From Carnobacterium sp. (GTDB lineage: Bacteria > Bacillota > Bacilli > Lactobacillales > Carnobacteriaceae): a DNA stretch of 24,000 nucleotides. Below are positions 17,704-24,000 of this stretch, one piece after another (positions within the stretch are counted from its first letter, which is position 1; every line of letters begins with the position of its first letter). The stretch is from NCBI RefSeq assembly GCF_045617425.1, contig NZ_JAZLIO010000009.1:421261-445260 (forward strand), in the 5' to 3' direction. Below the pieces are notes generated by a model. The model made no database searches and had not been told where the DNA came from. It saw only the letters and a list, made by a program, of their open reading frames with translations. A program made the translations under genes and the position numbers.

Positions 17704-17893
17704 GTTCCACTCTTCCATCAACTGCCCTTTCATGGAAGAGTGGAACCTAAAAATCTCTTTACTCGTCTATGAAACGACTCTTCATGGATGAGTGACACCT
17801 AAAATGAACTTCACTTATCCATGAAAGTTCATTTCACGTCTAAGTAAGACATTAAAAAGATCTCACTCTTCCGTGGAAAAATGAGATCAAAAA
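17704..17893. repeat. Degenerate 52-bp tandem repeat / multi-hairpin array carrying six copies of a CACTCTTCCATG-type motif
   Basis: The leader motif recurs with an exact 52-bp period: gagtggaacctaaaaa (17738), gagtgacacctaaaat (17790), aagtaagacattaaaaa (17842). Core motif copies are at 17708-17718 (+), 17732-17742 (inverted), 17776-17787 (+, degenerate), 17783-17794 (inverted), 17812-17823 (+) and 17864-17875 (+). Hairpins: a 15-bp stem 17704-17718/17732-17746, a 10-bp stem 17802-17811/17825-17834, and a 7-bp stem 17859-17865/17882-17888. Confidence 0.7.
17854..17888 (-). terminator. Rho-independent terminator of the first mcp gene, formed by the last unit of the repeat array
   Basis: The minus strand reads gatctca-tttttccacggaagag-tgagatc followed by TTTTT. 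It begins 9 nt after the mcp stop codon. Confidence 0.65.
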
Positions 17894-17896
17894 TTT

Positions 17897-19591
17897 TTAA
17901 AGTTTAAAGTGACTAACCATTTCAGTTAAGTTTTCAGCAAGGTTGGCAAGTTGTTCTGAACTTCCTGCAACTTCCTCCATAGAACTCGTAATTTGTTGTG
18001 AAGCTGCAGATGTCTGCTCAACTCCAGCAGCCGATTCTTCTGAAACGGATGCAATTTCTTCAATAGAGCTATTCATGATCTCACTGTTAACTTTTATGCT
18101 TTCTAAGTTATCAGAGATCCCTTTGATTCCATCTACCATAATAGTAACAGAAGCATTGATTTGATTAAACGTTTGACCAGTCTTAGCAATTTGACTTGTT
18201 CCTTCTTCTACTTCAACATAACCCGTTTGCAACGAATCACTTACTCGTTTCGACTCCGTTTGTATCTTTTCAACAAATCCAGTAATATCTGCGATTGAAA
18301 CGGCTACTTGTTCAGCTAGTTTACGGACTTCATCTGCAACGACAGCAAATCCTCTACCATGTTCACCAGCTCTTGCTGCTTCAATAGCTGCATTTAAAGC
18401 TAGTAAATTAGTTTGATCGGCAATTTTTTGGATGATCACGACTAAATTATTAATCTCTTGAGTTTGATTATCTAAAGTAGCCATTTTTGCTACTGCGTCT
18501 TGAACGATTTCATCAATTTTAGCCATTTGACGGCTAGTATCTTCCATATATTGCTTTCCTTCAGTTGTCATAGATAAAACACCCATTGATGAATCTTTGA
18601 TTTTTTCACCATTTTTATTTGTACTTTGTACTTTTTTCGTGAAGTTTTCCATGACAACAGCTAAATTACTGGCAGTTGTTGCTTGTGTTTCTGATCCTGT
18701 AGCCAACTCTTGCATCGTTATGGCTACTTGTTCAGACCCTGATTTCACTTCACTTGCTGATTGATTTAGTTCTTCACTATGACTGCTTAAATCTTCTGAA
18801 GCTTTTGCAATGCCCTTCATAACACTTTTAACCGTTTTTTGCATTTTATTCATAGAGATACTTAATTTGCCTGTTTCATCTTTTTCAGTTATTTCTAAGG
18901 GCTCTGAACTAAGATCTCCTGCAGATATACTCTGCATTCTTTGCATCACTACATTAAGCGGTTTTACAATGTTATTAGAGGTCAAATAAGCTACAACTAC
19001 TGATAAAACAGCAACCAGCATCATTATAATAACACCTATTATTGATACACGTTCCCCGTTTTCAATAACTTCTTGACCAATAGTGTTAATTTCTTGTTCG
19101 CGTTCTTCAGCTAATTCAGAAAATCCTGCAACTAGTTCTTTCTCAATTGGTTGTGCTTGTCCTACCATAATTTCACGGACACTTTCCATATCCTCATTAT
19201 CATAGGCTGCAAGAGCCTCATCAGTCAGCATGCCCCACTCGATTTTTTTACTGATCAACTCATTTAATTTTTCAGATTCACTTAATTCTAATGCTTGATT
19301 TTCTAGTGCAATACTTATGTCTGTTTCATTTTCAAATTCTTGTCTATATGATTCATCCTCATATAACATGAACCCTCTCATCAAACTAGTTCGTTTGTTC
19401 ATATTCGTTGATAATTTTTCGTTAACAATTAACAGCTCCATCTTTTGTTCCAATATCATTTTTACTGAATCATTTGTTTTGTTTATTGAGTTGATTGTGT
19501 AAATGCTTAATACAAGCATTAATACGATCGTAACTCCAAAACCTGCTAAAATCTTTGCCCGAATACTTTTAAACTGAAACCTCTTTTTCAT
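17897..19591 (-). CDS. Methyl-accepting chemotaxis protein (TM, four-helix-bundle-like sensor, TM, HAMP, signalling domain)
   Basis: 564 aa. Two hydrophobic segments flank a ~150-aa extracytoplasmic helical domain, followed by HAMP. Highly conserved MCP hairpin tip: [48 protein letters not shown]. Confidence 0.92.
   Translation of the reverse strand: MKKRFQFKSIRAKILAGFGVTIVLMLVLSIYTINSINKTNDSVKMILEQKMELLIVNEKLSTNMNKRTSLMRGFMLYEDESYRQEFENETDISIALENQALELSESEKLNELISKKIEWGMLTDEALAAYDNEDMESVREIMVGQAQPIEKELVAGFSELAEEREQEINTIGQEVIENGERVSIIGVIIMMLVAVLSVVVAYLTSNNIVKPLNVVMQRMQSISAGDLSSEPLEITEKDETGKLSISMNKMQKTVKSVMKGIAKASEDLSSHSEELNQSASEVKSGSEQVAITMQELATGSETQATTASNLAVVMENFTKKVQSTNKNGEKIKDSSMGVLSMTTEGKQYMEDTSRQMAKIDEIVQDAVAKMATLDNQTQEINNLVVIIQKIADQTNLLALNAAIEAARAGEHGRGFAVVADEVRKLAEQVAVSIADITGFVEKIQTESKRVSDSLQTGYVEVEEGTSQIAKTGQTFNQINASVTIMVDGIKGISDNLESIKVNSEIMNSSIEEIASVSEESAAGVEQTSAASQQITSSMEEVAGSSEQLANLAENLTEMVSHFKL
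17900..18751 (-). repeat. Paralogous direct repeat, copy 1 (MCP signalling-domain coding region)
   Basis: The C-terminal 284 aa are 248/284 identical (hand count from the supplied translations) to the corresponding part of the second MCP. The nucleotide sequences are visibly colinear, for example 18290-18480 versus 20210-20400. Confidence 0.85.
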
Positions 19592-19767
19592 TTTTTTTGC
19601 TCCCTCTTATTTGTTAGTTGATTTAGAACTGCTCCCTTATGCGGAACTCTTAACCCCTAACTCCCTGTTTTATTCTTAAAGAATTCTTCCTTTAACGCTA
19701 TGCCTTTACTAACAGGCAACCCTATAGTTCCTATTCCTTCAAGCAACTATTTGCCGATTCATATAAC

Positions 19768-19799
19768 GAGGCTGGAAAATTTTTCCGGCCTCTCTTTTT
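19768..19799. terminator. GC-rich hairpin in the mcp-mcp spacer; its T-run is on the plus-strand side
   Basis: gaggctggaaaa (19768-19779) / ttttccggcctc (19781-19792) with one G-U pair, followed on the plus strand by tcttttt. In the minus orientation (the direction of the upstream mcp) no U-tract follows. Confidence 0.45.
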
Positions 19800-19822
19800 A
19801 TTATCTATTATTTCTCACTAGT

Positions 19823-21592
19823 TTAGAGTTTAAATTCATCCACCATATCCGCCAAACCTTTTGCCAAATCAGCCAATTGTTCTGAATTTCCAGCAACTTC
19901 CTCCATTGAACTAGTGATTTCTTGTGAGGCAGCTGATGTTTCTTCGATTCCAGCAGCAGACTCTTCTGAAACAGATGCGATCTCTTCGATTGAACTATTC
20001 ATAAGTTCACTGTTTGCTTGAATACTTTCTAAGTTAGTAGAAATATCTTTAATACCTTCTACCATTTTAGTAACAGAATTATTGATTTTATTAAAGGTTT
20101 CACCAGTCTTTTTAATTTGACTGGTTCCTTCTTCAACCTCGGTATAGCCTGTTTGTAAAGAATCGATTACTCTCTTAGACTCATTTTGTATTTTCCCAAC
20201 AAATCCAGTGATATCTGCGATTGAAACGGCTACTTGTTCAGCTAATTTTCGTACTTCATCCGCCACAACTGCAAATCCTCTTCCATGTTCGCCAGCACGT
20301 GCTGCCTCAATAGCTGCATTTAAAGCTAACAAATTGGTTTGATCAGCAATTTTTTGGATGATGACAACTAAATTATTGATTTCTTTTGTTTGATTATCTA
20401 AAGTGGCCATTTTAAATACCGCGTCCAAAACGATTTCATCGATCTTAGCCATTTGGCGACTCGTATCTTCCATGTACTGTTTGCCTTCATTAGTCATAGA
20501 TAAAACGCCAATAGAAGAATCTTTGATTTTCTCACCGCTCTTATTGGTCGTTTGCACTTTTTTAGTAAAGTTATCCATCACAACAGCCAAGTTGCTTGCT
20601 GTTGTTGCTTGTGCTTCAGATCCAGTTGCTAATTCTTGCATAGTCGTGGCTACTTGTTCAGAACCTGATTTCACTTCATTAGCAGACTGTGTAAGGTCAT
20701 TGCTGTGATTCGTTAACATTTCAGATGCCATTTTCATGCCTTCCATCACTTCTTTTTCCATAACTTGCATTTGATTGATCGCTATAGCCAATTGACCAGT
20801 TTCATCTTCTGATGTTACTTCTAGAGGTTCAGAAGTTAGATCACCATAAGCAATAATATTCATACGTTCCATCACTTTTTTTATTGGTTTAGTAATAGAA
20901 TTAGAAGTTAATAAAGCAATAGAAATTCCGAATAAAACTACTAACAAACTAATGATAACAGTTAAAATTAAAGACTGTTTTCCTAATTGCATTACAGAGT
21001 CTGCTTTATCATTGATAGATGCTACTCGTGAAGTTGTAAGTTTTTCATAATCCTGTATTAGAGCATTAGAATAAGGTTCTACAGAAGAATGAAGATAACT
21101 AGTTGCTCCCGTAACATCTCCTTTATCATATCTTCCAAAAACATCCGTTATTACTTGGTCTTCCCAATCGCTTGTTTTATTAATAACTTTTTGTACTTCT
21201 TCTGATCCAGACAGAGTTAAAAGTTGTTCTTGATACTCTTTACTTTTTTCCGTATATTGATCAAATAAATTTTTATACATGGTATCGCCAAACAATATGT
21301 ACCCTCGTGCTGCTGCTATTCTTTGTGAGATGCTTAAACTCAATTGATCATCAGCAATCAATAACGTTAGTTCTTCATCCACCATTTCTTTTGTATTACT
21401 ATTTGTATTTATAATATTAACTATTGTTATTGTAGCCATAATAATTACCAAACCTATCACCACCACAAACGGCAACAAAATTTTAGCTTTTAAGCTTTTA
21501 AAGTCAAGTATTTTCTTGAATTTACTCAAGTCAAGACTTCTGAAATCTATTTTTTTCATTTTACTCATTTTCTCTTTTATACTATTTTGCAC
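19823..21592 (-). CDS. Methyl-accepting chemotaxis protein, tandem paralog with a divergent sensor domain
   Basis: 589 aa with the same architecture and an identical signalling hairpin tip. The ORF-track start at 21592 is a GTG. Alternative ATG starts (MSKMKK / MKKIDF) lie 24-33 nt downstream, so the start is uncertain. Confidence 0.9.
   Translation of the reverse strand: MQNSIKEKMSKMKKIDFRSLDLSKFKKILDFKSLKAKILLPFVVVIGLVIIMATITIVNIINTNSNTKEMVDEELTLLIADDQLSLSISQRIAAARGYILFGDTMYKNLFDQYTEKSKEYQEQLLTLSGSEEVQKVINKTSDWEDQVITDVFGRYDKGDVTGATSYLHSSVEPYSNALIQDYEKLTTSRVASINDKADSVMQLGKQSLILTVIISLLVVLFGISIALLTSNSITKPIKKVMERMNIIAYGDLTSEPLEVTSEDETGQLAIAINQMQVMEKEVMEGMKMASEMLTNHSNDLTQSANEVKSGSEQVATTMQELATGSEAQATTASNLAVVMDNFTKKVQTTNKSGEKIKDSSIGVLSMTNEGKQYMEDTSRQMAKIDEIVLDAVFKMATLDNQTKEINNLVVIIQKIADQTNLLALNAAIEAARAGEHGRGFAVVADEVRKLAEQVAVSIADITGFVGKIQNESKRVIDSLQTGYTEVEEGTSQIKKTGETFNKINNSVTKMVEGIKDISTNLESIQANSELMNSSIEEIASVSEESAAGIEETSAASQEITSSMEEVAGNSEQLADLAKGLADMVDEFKL
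19826..20677 (-). repeat. Paralogous direct repeat, copy 2 (MCP signalling-domain coding region)
   Basis: Counterpart of 17900-18751; see that entry. Confidence 0.85.
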
Positions 21593-21669
21593 TTGGTCAT
21601 ACGTCCTCTCATTGTTAAAATTTCCCCTATTCTTGAAAAATCCTTTTACGTATTTCTTTATCTTTTACT

Positions 21670-21695
21670 ATATCGGTATTTTCCAAGAATACTTA
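21670..21695 (-). promoter_or_regulatory. Candidate sigma-D (FliA)-type promoter of the mcp gene(s): TAAG-N15-CCGATAT
   Basis: The minus strand reads TAAG (21695..21692), a 15-nt spacer, then CCGATAT (21676..21670), about 75 nt upstream of the mcp start. The B. subtilis sigma-D consensus, as I recall it, is TAAA, a ~15-16 nt spacer, then (G)CCGATAT. Confidence 0.55.
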
Positions 21696-21728
21696 ACGAA
21701 TAATATAGTTTCTTTTCAATTAATTTTC

Positions 21729-21767
21729 AAAAAAAAAAAAGATGCCTTTAGCATCTTTTTTTTTTTT
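21729..21767 (-). terminator. Bidirectional rho-independent terminator after the ftsE-like gene
   Basis: A 12-nt A-run, stem aagatgc (21739-21745) / gcatctt (21751-21757) with loop cttta, then a ~12-nt T-run. Confidence 0.85.
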
Positions 21768-21799
21768 GAACCTCTCTCTTATTAAACTACCTTGTTACT

Positions 21800-22516
21800 T
21801 TAAACAGCCACATATTCGCCTAATGAACTATCATATTGGATTACGTCTTCATCTTTCTTTTCATCCCAAACGATTTTTCCTTCTTCAATCTCTATTACGC
21901 GATTACGGAATTTATCTACTATTCTGCGATTATGTGTAACCATTAAAATCGTTGTTCCTTTTTGATTGATTCGGTAAAATAAACGCATAATCTCTAAAGC
22001 AGTTTTAGGATCTAAATTGCCTGTTGGTTCATCTGCAATAATTAATTTGGGCGAATTGACGATTGCTCGTGCAATCGATACTCGCTGTTGTTCTCCACCA
22101 GAGAGTTCTGTTGGTTTATCATTCGCCTTATCTGCTAGTTCAACATAACGTAATGCCTGCATCACTAATGGTTCAATTTCATCCGGTTCAGTTCCAATGA
22201 CTTCCAATGCATAGGCGATATTTTCAAAAACGGTGCGATCTAACAATAATTTAAAATCTTGAAAAACAACACCAATCTGTCGTCTAAGTTTAGCAATATC
22301 TTTTTCTTTGATTTTAGATAATAGTTGTCCACAGACTTCTATTTGACCTTTAGTCGCTTTTTCTTCTCTATACAATAATTTTGCTAATGTTGATTTTCCA
22401 GAGCCGCTTGCTCCTACCATGTAAACAAATTCTCCATCTTCAATGGTAAGATTAACTCCTCTAAGAGCTTTTACACCTTTAGAGTAATTTTTTACGACAT
22501 TTTTCATTCTAATCAT
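21800..22516 (-). CDS. ftsE: FtsE-like ABC transporter ATP-binding protein (no adjacent FtsX)
   Basis: 238 aa, colinear with B. subtilis FtsE as recalled (MIxMKxVxKxYxxGVKAL...GEFVYxVGxSGxGKST...YREEKxTKGQI...[11 protein letters not shown]...[13 protein letters not shown]...[11 protein letters not shown]...HN). Walker A, Q-loop, signature, Walker B and H-loop are all intact. RBS AGGTGA. Confidence 0.8.
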   Translation of the reverse strand: MIRMKNVVKNYSKGVKALRGVNLTIEDGEFVYMVGASGSGKSTLAKLLYREEKATKGQIEVCGQLLSKIKEKDIAKLRRQIGVVFQDFKLLLDRTVFENIAYALEVIGTEPDEIEPLVMQALRYVELADKANDKPTELSGGEQQRVSIARAIVNSPKLIIADEPTGNLDPKTALEIMRLFYRINQKGTTILMVTHNRRIVDKFRNRVIEIEEGKIVWDEKKDEDVIQYDSSLGEYVAV

Positions 22517-22630
22517 GTTTTATCACCTGATTTACCTCAAATTCTTCCCTGACGTCATTATCAATGCGTCAAACCAAATCCGATAGTGCATGTGCCAAAG
22601 TTATCATCTCAGACTGTTGTTTCACCAAGT

Positions 22631-23392
22631 CTATTGTTTAAACTGGTTGATCACAGAAGCCATTTCATCTGTTCCCTGAGCGACTTTAAGATTTAAGGAG
22701 TACGAACGCTGTGCCAACATCATTTCAGTAATAGAAGAGGCTAAGTCAACATTTGATGCTTCTAAATAATTTTGTTGAATGGAACCTTCACCTGTCCCAA
22801 AAGCACCATTGTAACTGTATTTGTTCTCTCCAATAGGTTCCAGTTCATTTGTTTGAGTTGGGTAGAATAACGGAATGGTTCCTACTAATGTACTTCCATT
22901 CTCTGAATGAATCGTTACTTCGCCGTTTACAGCAATGGAGACGTCACCCTCAGGCCATTGATTTTTCGGAATAACCGTCTGTATTTCCAAAGTATCACCA
23001 TTACCATTTGTGATTGATTTATCTCCGTTTACTTGAAAAGCTCCATCACGTGTCAAATATCGTTCACCATTTTCTCCAATAACTCCAAAGAAACCTTCAC
23101 CAGCAATCGCTAAGTGATAATCATTCGAATCAGAAATCAGAGATCCTTGGGCAAAATTCGTAGACGTTACACCACTTTTTGATCCTCTATTGATTCCAGC
23201 ATTTTGAACCGTATCCGATAGGTAATCTGCTTCACCATTCATATCATTCAACAGCAACTCATTAAAACTGATGTTTTTAGATTTGTATCCAGTGGTATTA
23301 ATATTTGCAATGTCATTTGATACAGCATCCATTTGATTTTGGATTGCATTCATGCCGCTTTTACTGATGCTTAAAGGTATACTCAATTTCAT
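22631..23392 (-). CDS. Flagellar basal-body rod protein, FlgF/FlgG family (FlhP-like)
   Basis: 253 aa. N-terminal rod signature SGMNAIQNQMDAVSNDIANINTTGYK. C-terminal YLEASNVDLASSITEMMLAQRSY. RBS AGGAGGAA overlaps the upstream stop. Confidence 0.88.
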   Translation of the reverse strand: MKLSIPLSISKSGMNAIQNQMDAVSNDIANINTTGYKSKNISFNELLLNDMNGEADYLSDTVQNAGINRGSKSGVTSTNFAQGSLISDSNDYHLAIAGEGFFGVIGENGERYLTRDGAFQVNGDKSITNGNGDTLEIQTVIPKNQWPEGDVSIAVNGEVTIHSENGSTLVGTIPLFYPTQTNELEPIGENKYSYNGAFGTGEGSIQQNYLEASNVDLASSITEMMLAQRSYSLNLKVAQGTDEMASVINQFKQ

Positions 23393-23398
23393 TTCCTC

Positions 23399-24000
23399 CT
23401 AGACTTTCCCAACTTCATTTACCGCTTTTCTTAACGTTTCATCCGCAGCACTGAGGGCTTTTTGATTGGCTTCAAATTCTCTTGAAACTTGCATTAAGTT
23501 CGTGATTTCATCGACTGTTTGTACATTAGATGTTTCTAGATAATTCTGTTGCATAACTGTTTCATCCATTTGTACCGTTCCACCTTGTCCAGTGAACATT
23601 GTGTCTCCAGCTCTGGTTAATCCAGCTGTATTCTCAAATTCAGTGACCATCAAACTCATTCCGGTTCCTGAGATATTGCCTCTGTTGTCAATTGAAAACT
23701 CTGTTCCATTAACTTGAATTGGAGCAGACTGTCCACCTGCCGTTGTTCCAAGAACACGGTAGCCCTCTTGAGTGACTAGTTCTCCAGTATCATTAACAGC
23801 AAAGTTTCCGTTACGTGTATAGTAATTTCCACCATTTGGCGCTTCTACTGTAAAAAAGCCGTCTCCTTGAATCGCTATGTCGGTTGGAGAAGCCGTAGCT
23901 TTTAAACCACCTTGACTAAAATTTTGAGCGATTTCATCAATCTGATTGCCAAAGGTAAATCCGCCGATATCTTGCTGTTGATTTAAGAACGGGCCATCTA
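23399..24000 (-). CDS. flgG: Flagellar basal-body rod protein FlgG/FlhO-like, C-terminal ~200 codons; the 5' end lies beyond the window
   Basis: The ORF track lists only 23399-23659 (86 aa). The same frame stays open upstream to position 24000 by hand translation (...LVTQEGYRVLGTTAGGQSAPIQVNGTEFSIDNRGNISGTGMSLMVTEF...). The C-terminus NYLETSNVQTVDEITNLMQVSREFEANQK is the rod/hook family motif. Confidence 0.85.
   Translation of the reverse strand, partial: DGPFLNQQQDIGGFTFGNQIDEIAQNFSQGGLKATASPTDIAIQGDGFFTVEAPNGGNYYTRNGNFAVNDTGELVTQEGYRVLGTTAGGQSAPIQVNGTEFSIDNRGNISGTGMSLMVTEFENTAGLTRAGDTMFTGQGGTVQMDETVMQQNYLETSNVQTVDEITNLMQVSREFEANQKALSAADETLRKAVNEVGKV

Noticed and set aside
17517-17750. 77-aa plus-strand ORF spanning the yaiI 3' end, its terminator and the first hairpin
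   Set aside because: It is out of frame with yaiI and reads straight through a strong intrinsic terminator and a 15-bp stem. It is most likely non-coding.
17704-17893. Possibility that the repeat array is a CRISPR array
   Set aside because: There are only about three degenerate units with a 52-bp period. The repeats are not identical, the unit-specific parts are self-complementary stems rather than unique spacers, and no cas genes are nearby.
19672-19690. 10-bp perfect palindrome aagaattctt (contains an EcoRI site) in the mcp spacer
   Set aside because: It is a short AT-rich palindrome expected by chance, with no partner site or supporting context.
19700-19885. 61-aa plus-strand ORF in the mcp-mcp spacer
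   Set aside because: It has no RBS, crosses the GC hairpin and runs antisense into the mcp 3' end. The composition looks non-coding.
17943-20708. Plus-strand ORFs 17943-18164, 19317-19502 and 20403-20708
   Set aside because: They are antisense within the two MCP genes. The Ser/Ala/Leu-rich translations are the mirror of the MCP coiled-coil codons.
21516-21939. Plus-strand ORFs 21516-21785 (89 aa) and 21742-21939 (65 aa)
   Set aside because: They traverse the mcp 5' end and promoter, the poly-A/poly-T terminator and the antisense of ftsE. The Phe/Leu/Ile-rich translations are an AT-rich artefact.
23399-23659. Treating the 86-aa track ORF as a complete small gene
   Set aside because: The same frame is open upstream to the window edge and encodes typical FlgG-family sequence. 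The Met at 23659 is internal.
23963-23970. Perfect sigma-D -10 octamer GCCGATAT on the plus strand
   Set aside because: It lies inside the rod-protein coding sequence on the opposite strand. The only TAAA upstream is 3 nt away, which is the wrong spacing, and there is no downstream plus-strand gene.
1-24000. Search for mobile elements, toxin-antitoxin pairs, restriction-modification or other defence systems, tRNA/rRNA genes and riboswitches
   Set aside because: No transposase, integrase or recombinase ORF was found, and no long terminal inverted repeats. No tRNA-like cloverleaf or rRNA-like segment was recognised. No ORF has nuclease, methyltransferase or defence-type motifs. All sizeable ORFs are accounted for by metabolic, regulatory or motility functions.

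Overview
AT-rich, low-GC Firmicute sequence. Gene content looks Lactobacillales-like (motile Enterococcus, Vagococcus or Carnobacterium type), but the organism cannot be identified from sequence alone. 22 of 24 genes are on the minus strand. Reading by coordinate: (1) an ascorbate-family PTS module with a PRD/EIIA regulator, EIIB and EIIC, where the EIIC runs off the left edge. (2) A stand-alone short UppS-family cis-prenyltransferase. (3) A sucrose regulon, scrK-scrR then scrA-scrB. (4) A complete arginine deiminase cluster arcA-arcB-arcD-arcC, a separately transcribed Crp/Fnr-type arcR, and a divergent argR/ahrC paralog. (5) An ohrR-ohr peroxide-stress pair with a textbook OhrR operator. (6) Two small conserved genes of unknown function (YjbQ family, YaiI/DUF188 family). 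(7) The edge of a motility/chemotaxis block: two tandem methyl-accepting chemotaxis protein (MCP) paralogs, an FtsE-like ABC ATPase with no FtsX partner, and two flagellar rod proteins, the last running off the right edge. I found no rRNA, tRNA, CRISPR array, transposase, integrase, phage gene or recognisable defence system. No clear novel multi-gene system is present. The observations most worth follow-up are a 52-bp-periodic hairpin/repeat array abutting the mcp stop codon, the orphan ftsE-like gene, an identical sigma-D-like promoter motif upstream of both mcp and scrA, and the isolated cis-prenyltransferase. All calls come from reading the sequence and the supplied translations; no database search was run.
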